Shown here one piece after another: positions 39,701-53,600 of a stretch of DNA of 64,000 nt. The position numbers and the translations under genes were made by a program. Location of the stretch: assembly GCA_964016885.1 (NCBI GenBank), contig OZ024756.1, forward strand, positions 8,742,001 through 8,806,000, written 5' to 3'. The notes beneath the pieces are model-generated. The model did not search any database and was not told where the DNA came from. It was given only the letters and a program-made list of their open reading frames with translations. Every line of letters begins with the position of its first letter. Position 1 is the stretch's first letter. The stretch comes from Eledone cirrhosa. Lineage: Eukaryota.

Positions 39701-42230
39701 TATATTACAGTGTCTCAACTGTCTTCTATATTACAGTGGCTCAACTGTCTTCTATAATTCTATGTCTCAACTGTCTTCTATATTACAGTGTCTCAACTGT
39801 CTTCTATATTACAGTGGCTCAACTGTCTTCTATATTACAGTGTCTCAACTGTCTTCTATTATTACAGTAGCTCCCCTGTCTCGTATATTACAGTGTCTCA
39901 ACTGTCTTCTATATTACTGTGGTTGCACTGTCTCCTATATTACAGTGTCTCAACTGTCTTCTATATTACAGTGTCTCAACTGTCTTCTATATTACAGTGT
40001 CTAAACTGTCTTCTATATTACAGTGTCTCAACTATCTTCTATATTACAGTGGCTGCACTGTCTTCTATATTACAGTGTCTCAACTGTCTTCTATACTACA
40101 GTGTCTCAACAGTCTTCTATATTACAGTGTCTCAACTGTCTTCTATATTACAGTGTCTCAACTGTCTCCTATATTACAGTGTCTCAACTGTCTTCTATAT
40201 TACAGTGTCTCAACTGTCTTCTATATTACAGTGTCTAAACTGTCTTCTATATTACAGTGTCTCAACTGTCTTCTATATTACAGTGGCTGCACTGTCTTCT
40301 ATATTACATTGTCTGAACTGTCTTCTATATTACGGTAGCTCAACTGTCTTCTCTATTACAGTAGTTCAACTGTCTTCTATATTACAGTGTCTCAACTGTC
40401 TTCTATACTACAGTGTCTCAACTGTCTCCTATATTACAGTGTCTCAACTGTCTTCTATATTACAGTAGCTCAACTGTCTTCTATATTACAGTGTCTCAAC
40501 TGTCTTCTATACTACAGTGTCTCAACTGTCTTCTATATTACAGTGTCTCAACTGTCTTCTATATTACAGTGTCTGAACTGTCTTCTATACTACAGTGTCT
40601 CAACTGTCTTCTATATTACAGTGTCTCAACTGTCTTCTATATTACTGTGGTTGCACTGTCTCCTCTATTACAGTGTCTCAACTGTCTTCTATATTACAGT
40701 GTCTGAACTGTCTTCTATATTACAGTGTCTCAACTGTCTTCTATATTACAGTGTCTGAACTGTCTTCTATACTACAGTGTCTCAGCTGTCTTCTATATTA
40801 CAGTAGCTCAACTGTCTTCTATTATTACAGTAGCTCCACTGTCTCGTATATTACAGTAGCTTAACTGTCTTCTATATTACAGCATCTCAACTGTCTTCTA
40901 TATTACAGTGTCTCAACTGTCTTCTATATTATAGTGTCTCAACTGTCTTCTATATTACAGTGTCTCAACTGTCTTCTATATTACAGTGTCTCAAATGTCT
41001 TCAATATTACAGTGGCTCAACTGTCTTCTATATTACTGTGTCTCAACTGTCTTCTATATTACAGTGTCTCAACTGTCTTCTATATTACAGTGTCTCAACT
41101 GTCTTCTATATTACAGTGTCTCAACTGTCTTCTATATTACAGTGTCTCAACTGTCTTCTATATTACTGTGGTTGCACTGTCTCCTATATTACAGTGTCTC
41201 AACTGACTTCTATATTACAGTGTCTCAACTGTCTTCTTTATTACAGTGTCTCAACTGTCTTCTATATTACTGTGGTTGCACTGTCTCCTATATTACAGTG
41301 TCTCAACTGTCTTCTATATTACAGTGGCTCAACTGTATTCTATATTACTGTGTCTCAACTGTCTTCTATATTACAGTGTCTCAACTTTCTTCTATATTAT
41401 AGTGGCTCAACTGTCTTCTATATTACTGTGTCTCAACTGTCTTCTATATTACAGTGTCTCAACTGTCTTCTATATTACAGTGGCTCAACTGTCTTCTATA
41501 ATTCTATGTCTCAACTGTCTTCTATATTACAGTGTCTCAACTGTCTTCTATATTACAGTGTCTCAACTGTCTTCTATATTACAGTGTCTCAACTGTCTTC
41601 TATTATTACAGTAGCTCCCCTGTCTCGTATATTACAGTGTCTCAACTGTCTTCTATATTACTGTGGTTGCACTGTCTTCTATATTACAGTGTCTCAACTG
41701 TCTTCTATATTACAGTGTCTCAACTGTCTTCTATATTACAGTGTCTAAACTGTCTTCTATATTACAGTGTCTCAACTATCTTCTATATTACAGTGGCTGC
41801 ACTGTCTTCTATATTACAGTGTCTCAACTGTCTTCTATACTACAGTGTCTCAACAGTCTTCTATATTACAGTGTCTCAACTGTCTTCTATATTACAGTGT
41901 CTCAACTGTCTTCTATATTACAGTGTCTCAATAGTCTTCTATACTACAGTGTCTCAACTGTCTCCTATATTACAGTGTCTCAACAGTCTTCTATATTACA
42001 GTGTCTCAACTGTCTTCTATATTACAGTGTCTCAACTGTCTTCTATATTACAGTGTCTCAACTGTCTTCTATATTACAGTGTCTCAACTGTCTTCTATAT
42101 TACAGTGGCTGCACTGTCTTCTATATTACAGTGTCTCAACTGTCTTATATATTACAGTGGCTCAACTGTCTTCTATATTACAGTGGCTAAACTGTCTTCT
42201 ATATTACAGTGTCTCAACTGTCTTCTATAT
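33780..42230. repeat. Nested higher-order repeat: a 1744-bp unit in tandem pairs, the pair duplicated at ~4.2-4.3 kb
   Basis: The private variant TAATTCTATG lies at 35461, 37205, 39755 and 41499 (spacings 1744, 2550, 1744). ORFs 34896/36640/39190/40934 follow the same spacing. Confidence 0.9.
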
Positions 42231-44687
42231 TACAGTGTCTCAACTGTCTTCTATATTACAGTGGCTGCACTGTCTTCTATATTACTGTGTCTCAACTGTC
42301 TTCTATATTACATTGTCTCAACTGTCTTCTATATTACAGTGTCTCAACTGTCTTCTATATTACAGTGTCTCAACTGTCTTCTATATTACAGTGGCTGCAC
42401 TGTCTTCTATATTACTGTGTCTCAACTGTCTTCTATATTACAGTGTCTCAACTGTCTTCTATATTACAGTGGCTGCACTGTCTTCTATATTACAGTGTCT
42501 CAACTGTCTTCTATATTACAGTGTCTCAACTGTCTTCTATATTACATTGTCTCAACTGTCTTCTATATTACAGTGTCTCAACTGTCTTCTATATTACAGT
42601 GTCTCAACTGTCTTCTATATTACAGTAGCTCAACTGTCTTCTATATTACTGTGTCTCAACTGTCTTCTATATTACAGTGTCTCAACTGTCTTCTATATTA
42701 CAGTGGCTCAACTGTCTTCTATATTACTGTGTCTCAACTGTCTTCTATATTACAGTGTCTCAACTGTCTTCTATACTACAGTGTCTCAACAATCTTCTAT
42801 ATTACAGTGTCTCAACTGTCTTCTATATTACAGTGTCTCAACTGTCTTCTATATTACAGTGTCTCAAGTGTCTTCAATATTATAGTGGCTCAACTCTCTT
42901 CTATATTACTGTGTCTCAACTGTCTTCTATATTACAGTGTCTCAACTGTCTTCTATATTACAGTGTCTCAACTGTCTTCTATATTACAGTGTCTCAACTG
43001 TCTTCTATATTACAGTGTCTCAACTGTCTTCTATATTACAGTGTCTCAACTGTCTTCTATATTACAGTGGCTCAACTGTCTTCAATATTACTGTGTCTCA
43101 ACTGTCTTCTATATTACAGTGTCTCAACTGTCTTCTATATTACAGTGTCTCAACTGTCTTCTATATTACAGTGTCTCAACTGTCTTCTATATTACAGTGT
43201 CTCAATTGTCTTCTATATTACAGTGTCTCAACTGTCTTCTATATTACAGTGTCTCAACTGTCTTCTATATCACAGTAGCTCAACTGTCTTCTATATTACA
43301 GTGTCTCAACTGTCTTCTATACTACAGTGTCTCAACTGTCTTCTATATCACAGTAGCTCAACTGTCTTCTATATTACAGTGTCTCAACTGTCTTCTATAT
43401 TACAGTGTCTCAACTGTCTTCTATATTACAGTGTCTCAACTGTCTTCTATATCACAGTAGCTCAACTGTCTTCTATATTACAGTGTCTCAACTGTCTTCT
43501 ATATTACAGTGTCTCAACTGTCTTCTATATTACAGTGGCTGCACTGTCTTCTATATTACAGTATCTTAACTGTCTTCTATATTACAGTGTCTCAACTGTC
43601 TTCTATATTACTGTGGTTGCACTGTCTCCTATATTACAGTGTCTCAACTGTCTTCTATATTACAGTGTCTCAACTGTCTTCTATATTACAGTGTCTCAAC
43701 TGTCTTCTATATTACTGTGGTTGCACTGTCTCCTATATTACAGTGTCTCAACTGTCTTCCACATTACAGTGGATCAACTGTCTTCTATATTACAGTGTCT
43801 CAACTGTCTTCTATATTACAGTGGCTCAACTGTCTTCTATATTACAGTGGCTCAACTGTCTTCTATATTACTGTGTCTCAACTGTCTTCTATATTACAGT
43901 GTCTCAACTGTCTTCTATATTACAGTGTCTCAACTGTCTTCTATATTACTGTAGCTCAACTGTCTTCTATTATTACAGTAGCTCCACTGTCTCGTATATT
44001 ACAGTGTCTCAACTGTCTTCTATATTACTGTGGTTGCACTGTCTCCTATATTACAGTGTCTCAACTGTCTTCTATATTACAGTGTCTCAACTGTCTTCTA
44101 TATTACAGTGTCTCAACTGTCTTCTATATTACAGTGTCTCAACTGTCTTCTATATTACAGTGTGTCAACTGTCTTCTATATTACTGTGTCTCAACTGTCT
44201 TCTATATTACAGTGTCTCAACTGTCTTCTATATTACAGTATCTCAACTGTCTTCTATATTACTGTGGTTGCACTGTCTCCTATATTACAGTGTCTCAACT
44301 GTCTTCTATATTACAGTGTCTCAACTGTCTTCTATATTACAGCGTCTAAACTGTCTTCTATATTACAGTGTCTCAACTGTCTTCTATATTACAGTGGCTG
44401 CACTGTCTTCTATATTACAGTGTCTCAACTGTCTTCAATATTACTGTGTCTCAACTATCTTCTATATTACAGTGTCTCAACTGTCTTCTATATTACAGTG
44501 TCTCAACTGTCTTCTATATTACAGTGTCTCAACTGTCTTCTATACTACAGTGTCTCAACTGTCTTCTATATTACAGTGTCTTAACTGTCTTCTATATTAC
44601 AGTGGCTCAACTGTCTTCTATATTACTGCGTCTCAACTGTCTTCTATATTACAGTGTCTCAACTGTCTTCTATATTACAGTGGCTCA

Positions 44688-47600
44688 ACTGTCTTCTATA
44701 TTACTGTGTCTCAACTGTCTTCTATACTACAGTGTCTTAACTGTCTTCTGTATTACAGTGTCTCAACTGTCTTCTATATTACAGTGTCTCAACTGTCTTC
44801 TATATTACAGTGTCTCAACTGTCTTCTATATTACAGTGTCTCAACTGTCTTCTATATTACAGTGTCTCAACTGTCTTCTATATTACAGTGTCTCAACTGT
44901 CTTCTATATTACAGTGTCTCAACTGTCTTCTATATTACAGTAGCTCAACTGTCTTCTATATTAATGTGTCTCAACTGTCTTCTATATTACAGTGTCTCAA
45001 CTGTCTTCTATATTACAGAGTTTGAACTGTCTTCTATATTACAGTGTCTCAACTGTCTTCTATATCACAGTAGCTCAAGTGTCTTCTATATTACAGTGTC
45101 TCAACTGTCTTCTATACTACAGTGTCTCAACTGTCTTCTATATTACAGTGTCTCAACTGTCTTCTATATTACAGTGTCTCAACTGTCTTCTATATTACAG
45201 AGTCTGAACTGTCTTCTATATTACAGTGGCTCAACTGTCTTCTATATTACAGTGTCTCAACTGTCTTCTATATTACAGTGTCTCAACTGTCTTCTATACT
45301 ACAGTGTCTCAACTGTCTTCTATATTACAGATTCTCAACTGTCTTCTATATTACTGTGTTTGCACTGTCTCCTATATTATAGTGTCTCAACTGTCTTCTA
45401 TATTATAGTGTCTCAACTGTCTTCTATATTACTGTGGTTGCACTGTCTCCTATATTACAGTGTCTCAACTGTCTTCTATATTACAGTGTCTCAACTCTCT
45501 TCTATATTACAGTGTCTCAACTGTCTTCTATATTACTGTGGTTGCACTGTCTCCTATATTACAGTGTCTCAACTGTCTTCCATATTACAGTGGCTCAACT
45601 GTCTTCTATATTACAGTGTCTCAACTGTCTTCTATATTTCAGTGGCTCAACTGTCTTCTATATTACTGTGTCTCAACTGTCTTCTATATTACAGTGTCTC
45701 AACTGTCTTCTATATTACAGTGGCTCAACTGTCTTCTATATTACTGTTTCTCAACTGTCTTCTATATTACAGTGTCTCAACTGTCTTCTATATTACAGTG
45801 TCTCAACTGTCTTCTATATTACAGTGTCTCAACTGTCTTCTATATTACAGTGTCTCAACTGTCTTCTATATTACAGTGTCTCAACTGTCTTCTATATTAC
45901 TGTAGCTCAACTGTCTTCTATTATTACAGTAGCTCCACTGTCTCGTATATTACAGTGTCTCAACTGTCTTCTATATTTCTGTGGTTGCACTGTCTCCTAT
46001 ATTACAGTGTCTCAACTGTCTTCTATATTACAGTGTCTCAACTGTCTTCTATATTACAGTGTCTCAACTGTCTTCTATATTACAGTGTGTCAACTGTCTT
46101 CTATATTACTGTGTCTCAACTGTCTTCTATATTACAGTGTCTCAACTGTCTTCTATATTACTGTGGTTGCACTGTCTCCTATATTACAGTGTCTCAACTG
46201 TCTTCTATATTACAGTGTCTCAACTGTCTTCTATATTACAGCGTCTAAACTGTCTTCTATATTACAGTGTCTCAACTGTCTTCTATATTACAGTGGCTGC
46301 ACTGTCTTCTATATTACAGTGTCTCAACTGTCTTCAATATTACTGTGTCTCAACTGTCTTCTATATTACAGTGTCTCAACTGTCTTCTATATTACAGTGT
46401 CTCAACTGTCTTCTATATTACAGTGTCTCAACTGTCTTCTATACTACAGTGTCTCAACTGTCTTCTATATTACAGTGTCTTAACTGTCTTCTATATTACA
46501 GTGGCTCAACTGTCTTCTATATTACTGTGTCTCAACTGTCTTCTATATTACTGTGTCTCAACTGTCTTCTATATTACAGTGGCTCAACTGTCTTCTATAT
46601 TACTGTGTCTCAACTGTCTTCTATACTACAGTGTCTCAACTGTCTTCTATATTACAGTGTCTCCACTGTCTTCTATATTAAAGTGTCTCAACTGTCTTCT
46701 ATATTACAGTGTCTCAACTGTCTTTTATATTACAGTGTGTCAACTGTCTTCTATATTACAGTGTCTCAACTGTCTTCTATATTACAGTGTCTCAACTGTC
46801 TTCTATATTACAGTAGCTCAACTGTCTTCTATATTACTGTGTCTCAACTGTCTTCTATATTACAGTGTCTCAACTGTCTTCTATATTACAGAGTCTGAAC
46901 TGTCTTCTATATTACAGTGGCTCAACTGTCTTCTATATTACAGTGTCTCAACTGTCTTCTATATTACAGTGTCTCAACTGTCTTCTATACTACAGTGTCT
47001 CAACTGTCTTCTATATTACAGATTCTCAACTGTCTTCTATATTACTGTGGTTGCACTGTCTCATATATTATAGTGTCTCAACTGTCTTCTATATTACTGT
47101 GGTTGCACTGTCTCCTATATTACAGTGTCTAAACTGTCTTCTATATATACAATGTCTCAACTGTCTTCTATATTACAATGGCTCAACTGTCTTCTATATT
47201 ACAGTGTCTCAACTGTCTTCTATATTACAGTGTCTCAACTGTCTTCTATATTACAGTGTCTCAACTGTCTTCTATATTACAGTGTCTCAACTGTCTTCTA
47301 TATTACAGTGGCTCAACTGTCTTCTATATTACTGTGTCTCAACTGTCTTCTATATTACAGTGTCTCAACTGTCTTCTATATTACAGTGGCTCAACTGTCT
47401 TCTATATTACTGTGTCTCAACTGTCTTCTATATTACAGTGTCTCAACTGTCTTATATATTACAGTGGCTCAACTGTCTTCTATATTACTGTTTCTGAACT
47501 GTCTTCTATATTACAGTGTCTCAACTGTCTTCTATATTACAGTGGCTCAACTGTCTTCTATATTACTGTCTCTCAACTGTCTTCTATACTACAGTGTCTC

Positions 47601-50600
47601 AACAGTCTTCTATATTACAGTGTCTCAACTGTCTTCTATATTACAGTGTCTCAACTGTCTTCTATATTACAGTGTCTCAACTGTCTTCTATATTACAGTG
47701 TCTCAACTGTCTTCTATATTACAGTGTCTCAACTGTCTTCTATATAACAGTGTCTCAACTGTCTTCTATATTACAGTGTCTCAACTGTCTTCTATATTAC
47801 AGTGTCTCAACTGTCTTCTATATTACAGTGGCTGCACTGTCTTCTATATTACAGTGTCTCAACTGTCTTATATATTACAGTGGCTCAACTGTCTTCTATA
47901 TTACAGTGGCTCAACTGTCTTCTATATTAAAGTGTCTCAACTGTCTTCTATATTACAGTGTCTCAACTGTCTTCTATATTACAGTGGCTGCACTGTCTTC
48001 TATATTACTGTGTCTCAACTGTCTTCTATATTACATTGTCTCAACTGTCTTCTATATTACAGTGTCTCAACTGTCTTCTATATTACAGTGTCTCAACTGT
48101 CTTCTATATTACAGTGGCTGCACTGTCTTCTATATTACTGTGTCTCAACTGTCTTCTATCTTACAGTGTCTCAACTGTCTTCTATATTACAGTGGCTGCA
48201 CTGTCTTCTATATTACAGTGTCTCAACTGTCTTCTATATTACAGTGTCTCAACTGTCTTCTATATTACAGTGTCTCAACTGTCTTCTATATTACAGTGTC
48301 TCAACTGTCTTCTATATTACAGTGTCTCAACTGTCTTCTATATTACAGTAGCTCAACTGTCTTCTATATTACTGTGTCTCAACTGTCTTCTATATTACAG
48401 TGTCTCAACTGTCTTCTATATTACAGTGGCTCAACTGTCTTCTATATTACTGTGTCTCAACTGTCTTCTATATTACAGTGTCTCAACTGTCTTCTATACT
48501 ACAGTGTCTCAACAGTCTTCTATATTACAGTGTCTCAACTGTCTTCTATATTACAGTGTCTCAACTGTCTTCTATATTACATTGTCTCAACTGTCTTCTA
48601 TATTACAGTGTCTCAACTGTCTTCTATATTACAGTGTCTCAACTGTCTTCTATATTACAGTGTCTCAACTGTCTTCTATATTACAGTGTCTCAACTGTCT
48701 TCTATATCACAGTAGCTCAACTGTCTTCTATATTACAGTGTCTCAACTGTCTTCTATACTACAGTGTCTCAACTGTCTTCTATATTACAGTGTCTCAACT
48801 GTCTTCTATATTACAGTGGCTGCACTGTCTTCTATATTACAGTATCTCAACTGTCTTCTATATTACAGTGTCTCAACTGTCTTCTATATTACTGTGGTTG
48901 CACTGTCTCCTATATTACAGTGTCTCAACTGTCTTCTATATTACAGCGTCTCAACTGTCTTCTATATTACAGTGTCTCAACTGTCTTCTATATTACTGTG
49001 GTTGCACTGTCTCCTATATTACAGTGTCTCAACTGTCTTCCATATTACAGTGGCTCAACTGTCTTCTATATTACAGTGTCTCAACTGTCTTCTATATTAC
49101 AGTGGCTCAACTGTCTTCTATATTACTGTGTCTCAACTGTCTTCTATATTACAGTGTCTCAACTGTCTTCTATATTACAGTGGCTCAACTGTCTTCTATA
49201 TTACTGTGTCTCAACTGTCTTCTATATTACAGTGTCTCAACTGTCTTCTATATTACAGTGTCTCAACTGTCTTCTATATTACAGTGTCTCAACTGTCTTC
49301 TATATTACAGTGTCTCAACTGTCTTCTATATTACTGTAGCTCAACTGTCTTCTATTATTACAGTAGCTCCACTGTCTCGTATATTACAGTGTCTCAACTG
49401 TCTTCTATATTACTGTGGTTGCACTGTCTCCTATATTACAGTGTCTCAACTGTCTTCTATATTACAGTGTCTCAACTGTCTTCTATATTACAGTGTCTCA
49501 ACTGTCTTCTATATTACAGTGTGTCAACTGTCTTCTATATTACTGTGGTTGCACTGTCTCCTATATTACAGTGACTCAACTGTCTTCTATATTACAGTGT
49601 CTCAACTGTCTTCTATATTACAGTGTCTAAACTGTCTTCTATATTACAGTGTCTCAACTGTCTTCTATATTACAGTGGCTGCACTGTCTTCTATATTACA
49701 GTGTCTCAACTGTCTTCTATATTACAGTGTCTCAACTGTCTTCTATATTACAGTGTCTCAACTGTCTTCTATATTACAGTGTCTCAACTGTCTTCTATAT
49801 TACTGTGGTTGCACTGTCTCCTATATTACAGTGGCTCAACTGTCTCCTATATTACATTGGCTCAACTGTCTTCTATATTACAGTGGCTGCACTGTCTTCT
49901 ATATTACAGTGTCTCAACTCTCTTCTATATTACAGTGTCAAAACTGTCTTCTATATTACAGTGTCTCAACTGTCTTCTATATTACAGTGTCTCAACTGTC
50001 TTCTATATTACAGTGTCTCAACTGTCTTCTATATTACAGTGGCTGCACTGTCTTCTATATTACAGTGTCTCAACTATCTTCTATATTACTGTGGTTGCAC
50101 TGTCTCCTATATTACTGTGGTTGCACTGTCTCCTATATTAGAGTGGCTCAACTGTCTTCTATATTACAGTGTCTCAACTGTCTTCTATATTACTGTGTCT
50201 CAACTGTCTTCCATATTACAGTCGCTGCACTGTCTTCTATATTACAGTGTCTCAACTGTCTTCTATATTACAGTGTCTAAACTGTCTTCTATATTACAGT
50301 GTCTCAACTGTCTTCTATATTACAGTGTCTCAACTGTCTTCTATATTACAGTGTCTCAACTGTCTTCTATATTACAGTGTCTCAAATGTCTTCTATATTA
50401 CTGTGGTTGTACTGTCTCCTATATTACAGTGGCTCAACTGTCTTCTATATTACAGTGTCTAAACTGTCTTCTATATTACAGTGTCTCAACTGTCTTCTAT
50501 ATTACAGTGTCTAAACTGTCTTCTATATTACAGTGTCTCAACTGTCTTCTATATTACAGTGTCTCAACTGTCTTCTATATAACAGTGTCTCAACTGTCTT

Positions 50601-53600
50601 CTATATTACAGTGTCTCAACTGTCTTCTATATTACAGTGTCTCAACTGTCTTCTATATTACAGTGGCTGCACTGTCTTCTATATTACAGTGTCTCAACTG
50701 TCTTATATATTACAGTGGCTCAACTGTCTTCTATATTACAGTGGCTCAACTGTCTTCTATATTAAAGTGTCTCAACTGTCTTCTATATTACAGTGTCTCA
50801 ACTGTCTTCTATATTACAGTGGCTGCACTGTCTTCTATATTACTGTGTCTCAACTGTCTTCTATATTACATTGTCTCAACTGTCTTCTATATTACAGTGT
50901 CTCAACTGTCTTCTATATTACAGTGTCTCAACTGTCTTCTATATTACAGTGGCTGCACTGTCTTCTATATTACTGTGTCTCAACTGTCTTCTATACTACA
51001 GTGTCTTAACTGTCTTCTGTATTACAGTGTCTCAACTGTCTTCTATATTACAGTGTCTCAACTGTCTTCTATATTACAGTGTCTCAACTGTCTTCTATAT
51101 TACAGTGTCTCAACTGTCTTCTATATTACAGTGTCTCAACTGTCTTCTATATTACAGTGTCTCAACTGTCTTCTATATTACAGTGTCTCAACTGTCTTCT
51201 ATATTACAGTAGCTCAACTGTCTTCTATATTAATGTGTCTCAACTGTCTTCTATATTACAGTGTCTCAACTGTCTTCTATATTACAGAGTTTGAACTGTC
51301 TTCTATATTACAGTGTCTCAACTGTCTTCTATATCACAGTAGCTCAAGTGTCTTCTATATTACAGTGTCTCAACTGTCTTCTATACTACAGTGTCTCAAC
51401 TGTCTTCTATATTACAGTGTCTCAACTGTCTTCTATATTACAGTGTCTCAACTGTCTTCTATATTACAGAGTCTGAACTGTCTTCTATATTACAGTGGCT
51501 CAACTGTCTTCTATATTACAGTGTCTCAACTGTCTTCTATATTACAGTGTCTCAACTGTCTTCTATACTACAGTGTCTCAACTGTCTTCTATATTACAGA
51601 TTCTCAACTGTCTTCTATATTACTGTGTTTGCACTGTCTCCTATATTATAGTGTCTCAACTGTCTTCTATATTATAGTGTCTCAACTGTCTTCTATATTA
51701 CTGTGGTTGCACTGTCTCCTATATTACAGTGTCTCAACTGTCTTCTATATTACAGTGTCTCAACTCTCTTCTATATTACAGTGTCTCAACTGTCTTCTAT
51801 ATTACTGTGGTTGCACTGTCTCCTATATTACAGTGTCTCAACTGTCTTCCATATTACAGTGGCTCAACTGTCTTCTATATTACAGTGTCTCAACTGTCTT
51901 CTATATTTCAGTGGCTCAACTGTCTTCTATATTACTGTGTCTCAACTGTCTTCTATATTACAGTGTCTCAACTGTCTTCTATATTACAGTGGCTCAACTG
52001 TCTTCTATATTACTGTTTCTCAACTGTCTTCTATATTACAGTGTCTCAACTGTCTTCTATATTACAGTGTCTCAACTGTCTTCTATATTACAGTGTCTCA
52101 ACTGTCTTCTATATTACAGTGTCTCAACTGTCTTCTATATTACAGTGTCTCAACTGTCTTCTATATTACTGTAGCTCAACTGTCTTCTATTATTACAGTA
52201 GCTCCACTGTCTCGTATATTACAGTGTCTCAACTGTCTTCTATATTTCTGTGGTTGCACTGTCTCCTATATTACAGTGTCTCAACTGTCTTCTATATTAC
52301 AGTGTCTCAACTGTCTTCTATATTACAGTGTCTCAACTGTCTTCTATATTACAGTGTGTCAACTGTCTTCTATATTACTGTGTCTCAACTGTCTTCTATA
52401 TTACAGTGTCTCAACTGTCTTCTATATTACTGTGGTTGCACTGTCTCCTATATTACAGTGTCTCAACTGTCTTCTATATTACAGTGTCTCAACTGTCTTC
52501 TATATTACAGCGTCTAAACTGTCTTCTATATTACAGTGTCTCAACTGTCTTCTATATTACAGTGGCTGCACTGTCTTCTATATTACAGTGTCTCAACTGT
52601 CTTCAATATTACTGTGTCTCAACTGTCTTCTATATTACAGTGTCTCAACTGTCTTCTATATTACAGTGTCTCAACTGTCTTCTATATTACAGTGTCTCAA
52701 CTGTCTTCTATACTACAGTGTCTCAACTGTCTTCTATATTACAGTGTCTTAACTGTCTTCTATATTACAGTGGCTCAACTGTCTTCTATATTACTGTGTC
52801 TCAACTGTCTTCTATATTACTGTGTCTCAACTGTCTTCTATATTACAGTGGCTCAACTGTCTTCTATATTACTGTGTCTCAACTGTCTTCTATACTACAG
52901 TGTCTCAACTGTCTTCTATATTACAGTGTCTCCACTGTCTTCTATATTAAAGTGTCTCAACTGTCTTCTATATTACAGTGTCTCAACTGTCTTTTATATT
53001 ACAGTGTGTCAACTGTCTTCTATATTACAGTGTCTCAACTGTCTTCTATATTACAGTGTCTCAACTGTCTTCTATATTACAGTAGCTCAACTGTCTTCTA
53101 TATTACTGTGTCTCAACTGTCTTCTATATTACAGTGTCTCAACTGTCTTCTATATTACAGAGTCTGAACTGTCTTCTATATTACAGTGGCTCAACTGTCT
53201 TCTATATTACAGTGTCTCAACTGTCTTCTATATTACAGTGTCTCAACTGTCTTCTATACTACAGTGTCTCAACTGTCTTCTATATTACAGATTCTCAACT
53301 GTCTTCTATATTACTGTGGTTGCACTGTCTCATATATTATAGTGTCTCAACTGTCTTCTATATTACTGTGGTTGCACTGTCTCCTATATTACAGTGTCTA
53401 AACTGTCTTCTATATATACAATGTCTCAACTGTCTTCTATATTACAATGGCTCAACTGTCTTCTATATTACAGTGTCTCAACTGTCTTCTATATTACAGT
53501 GTCTCAACTGTCTTCTATATTACAGTGTCTCAACTGTCTTCTATATTACAGTGTCTCAACTGTCTTCTATATTACAGTGGCTCAACTGTCTTCTATATTA

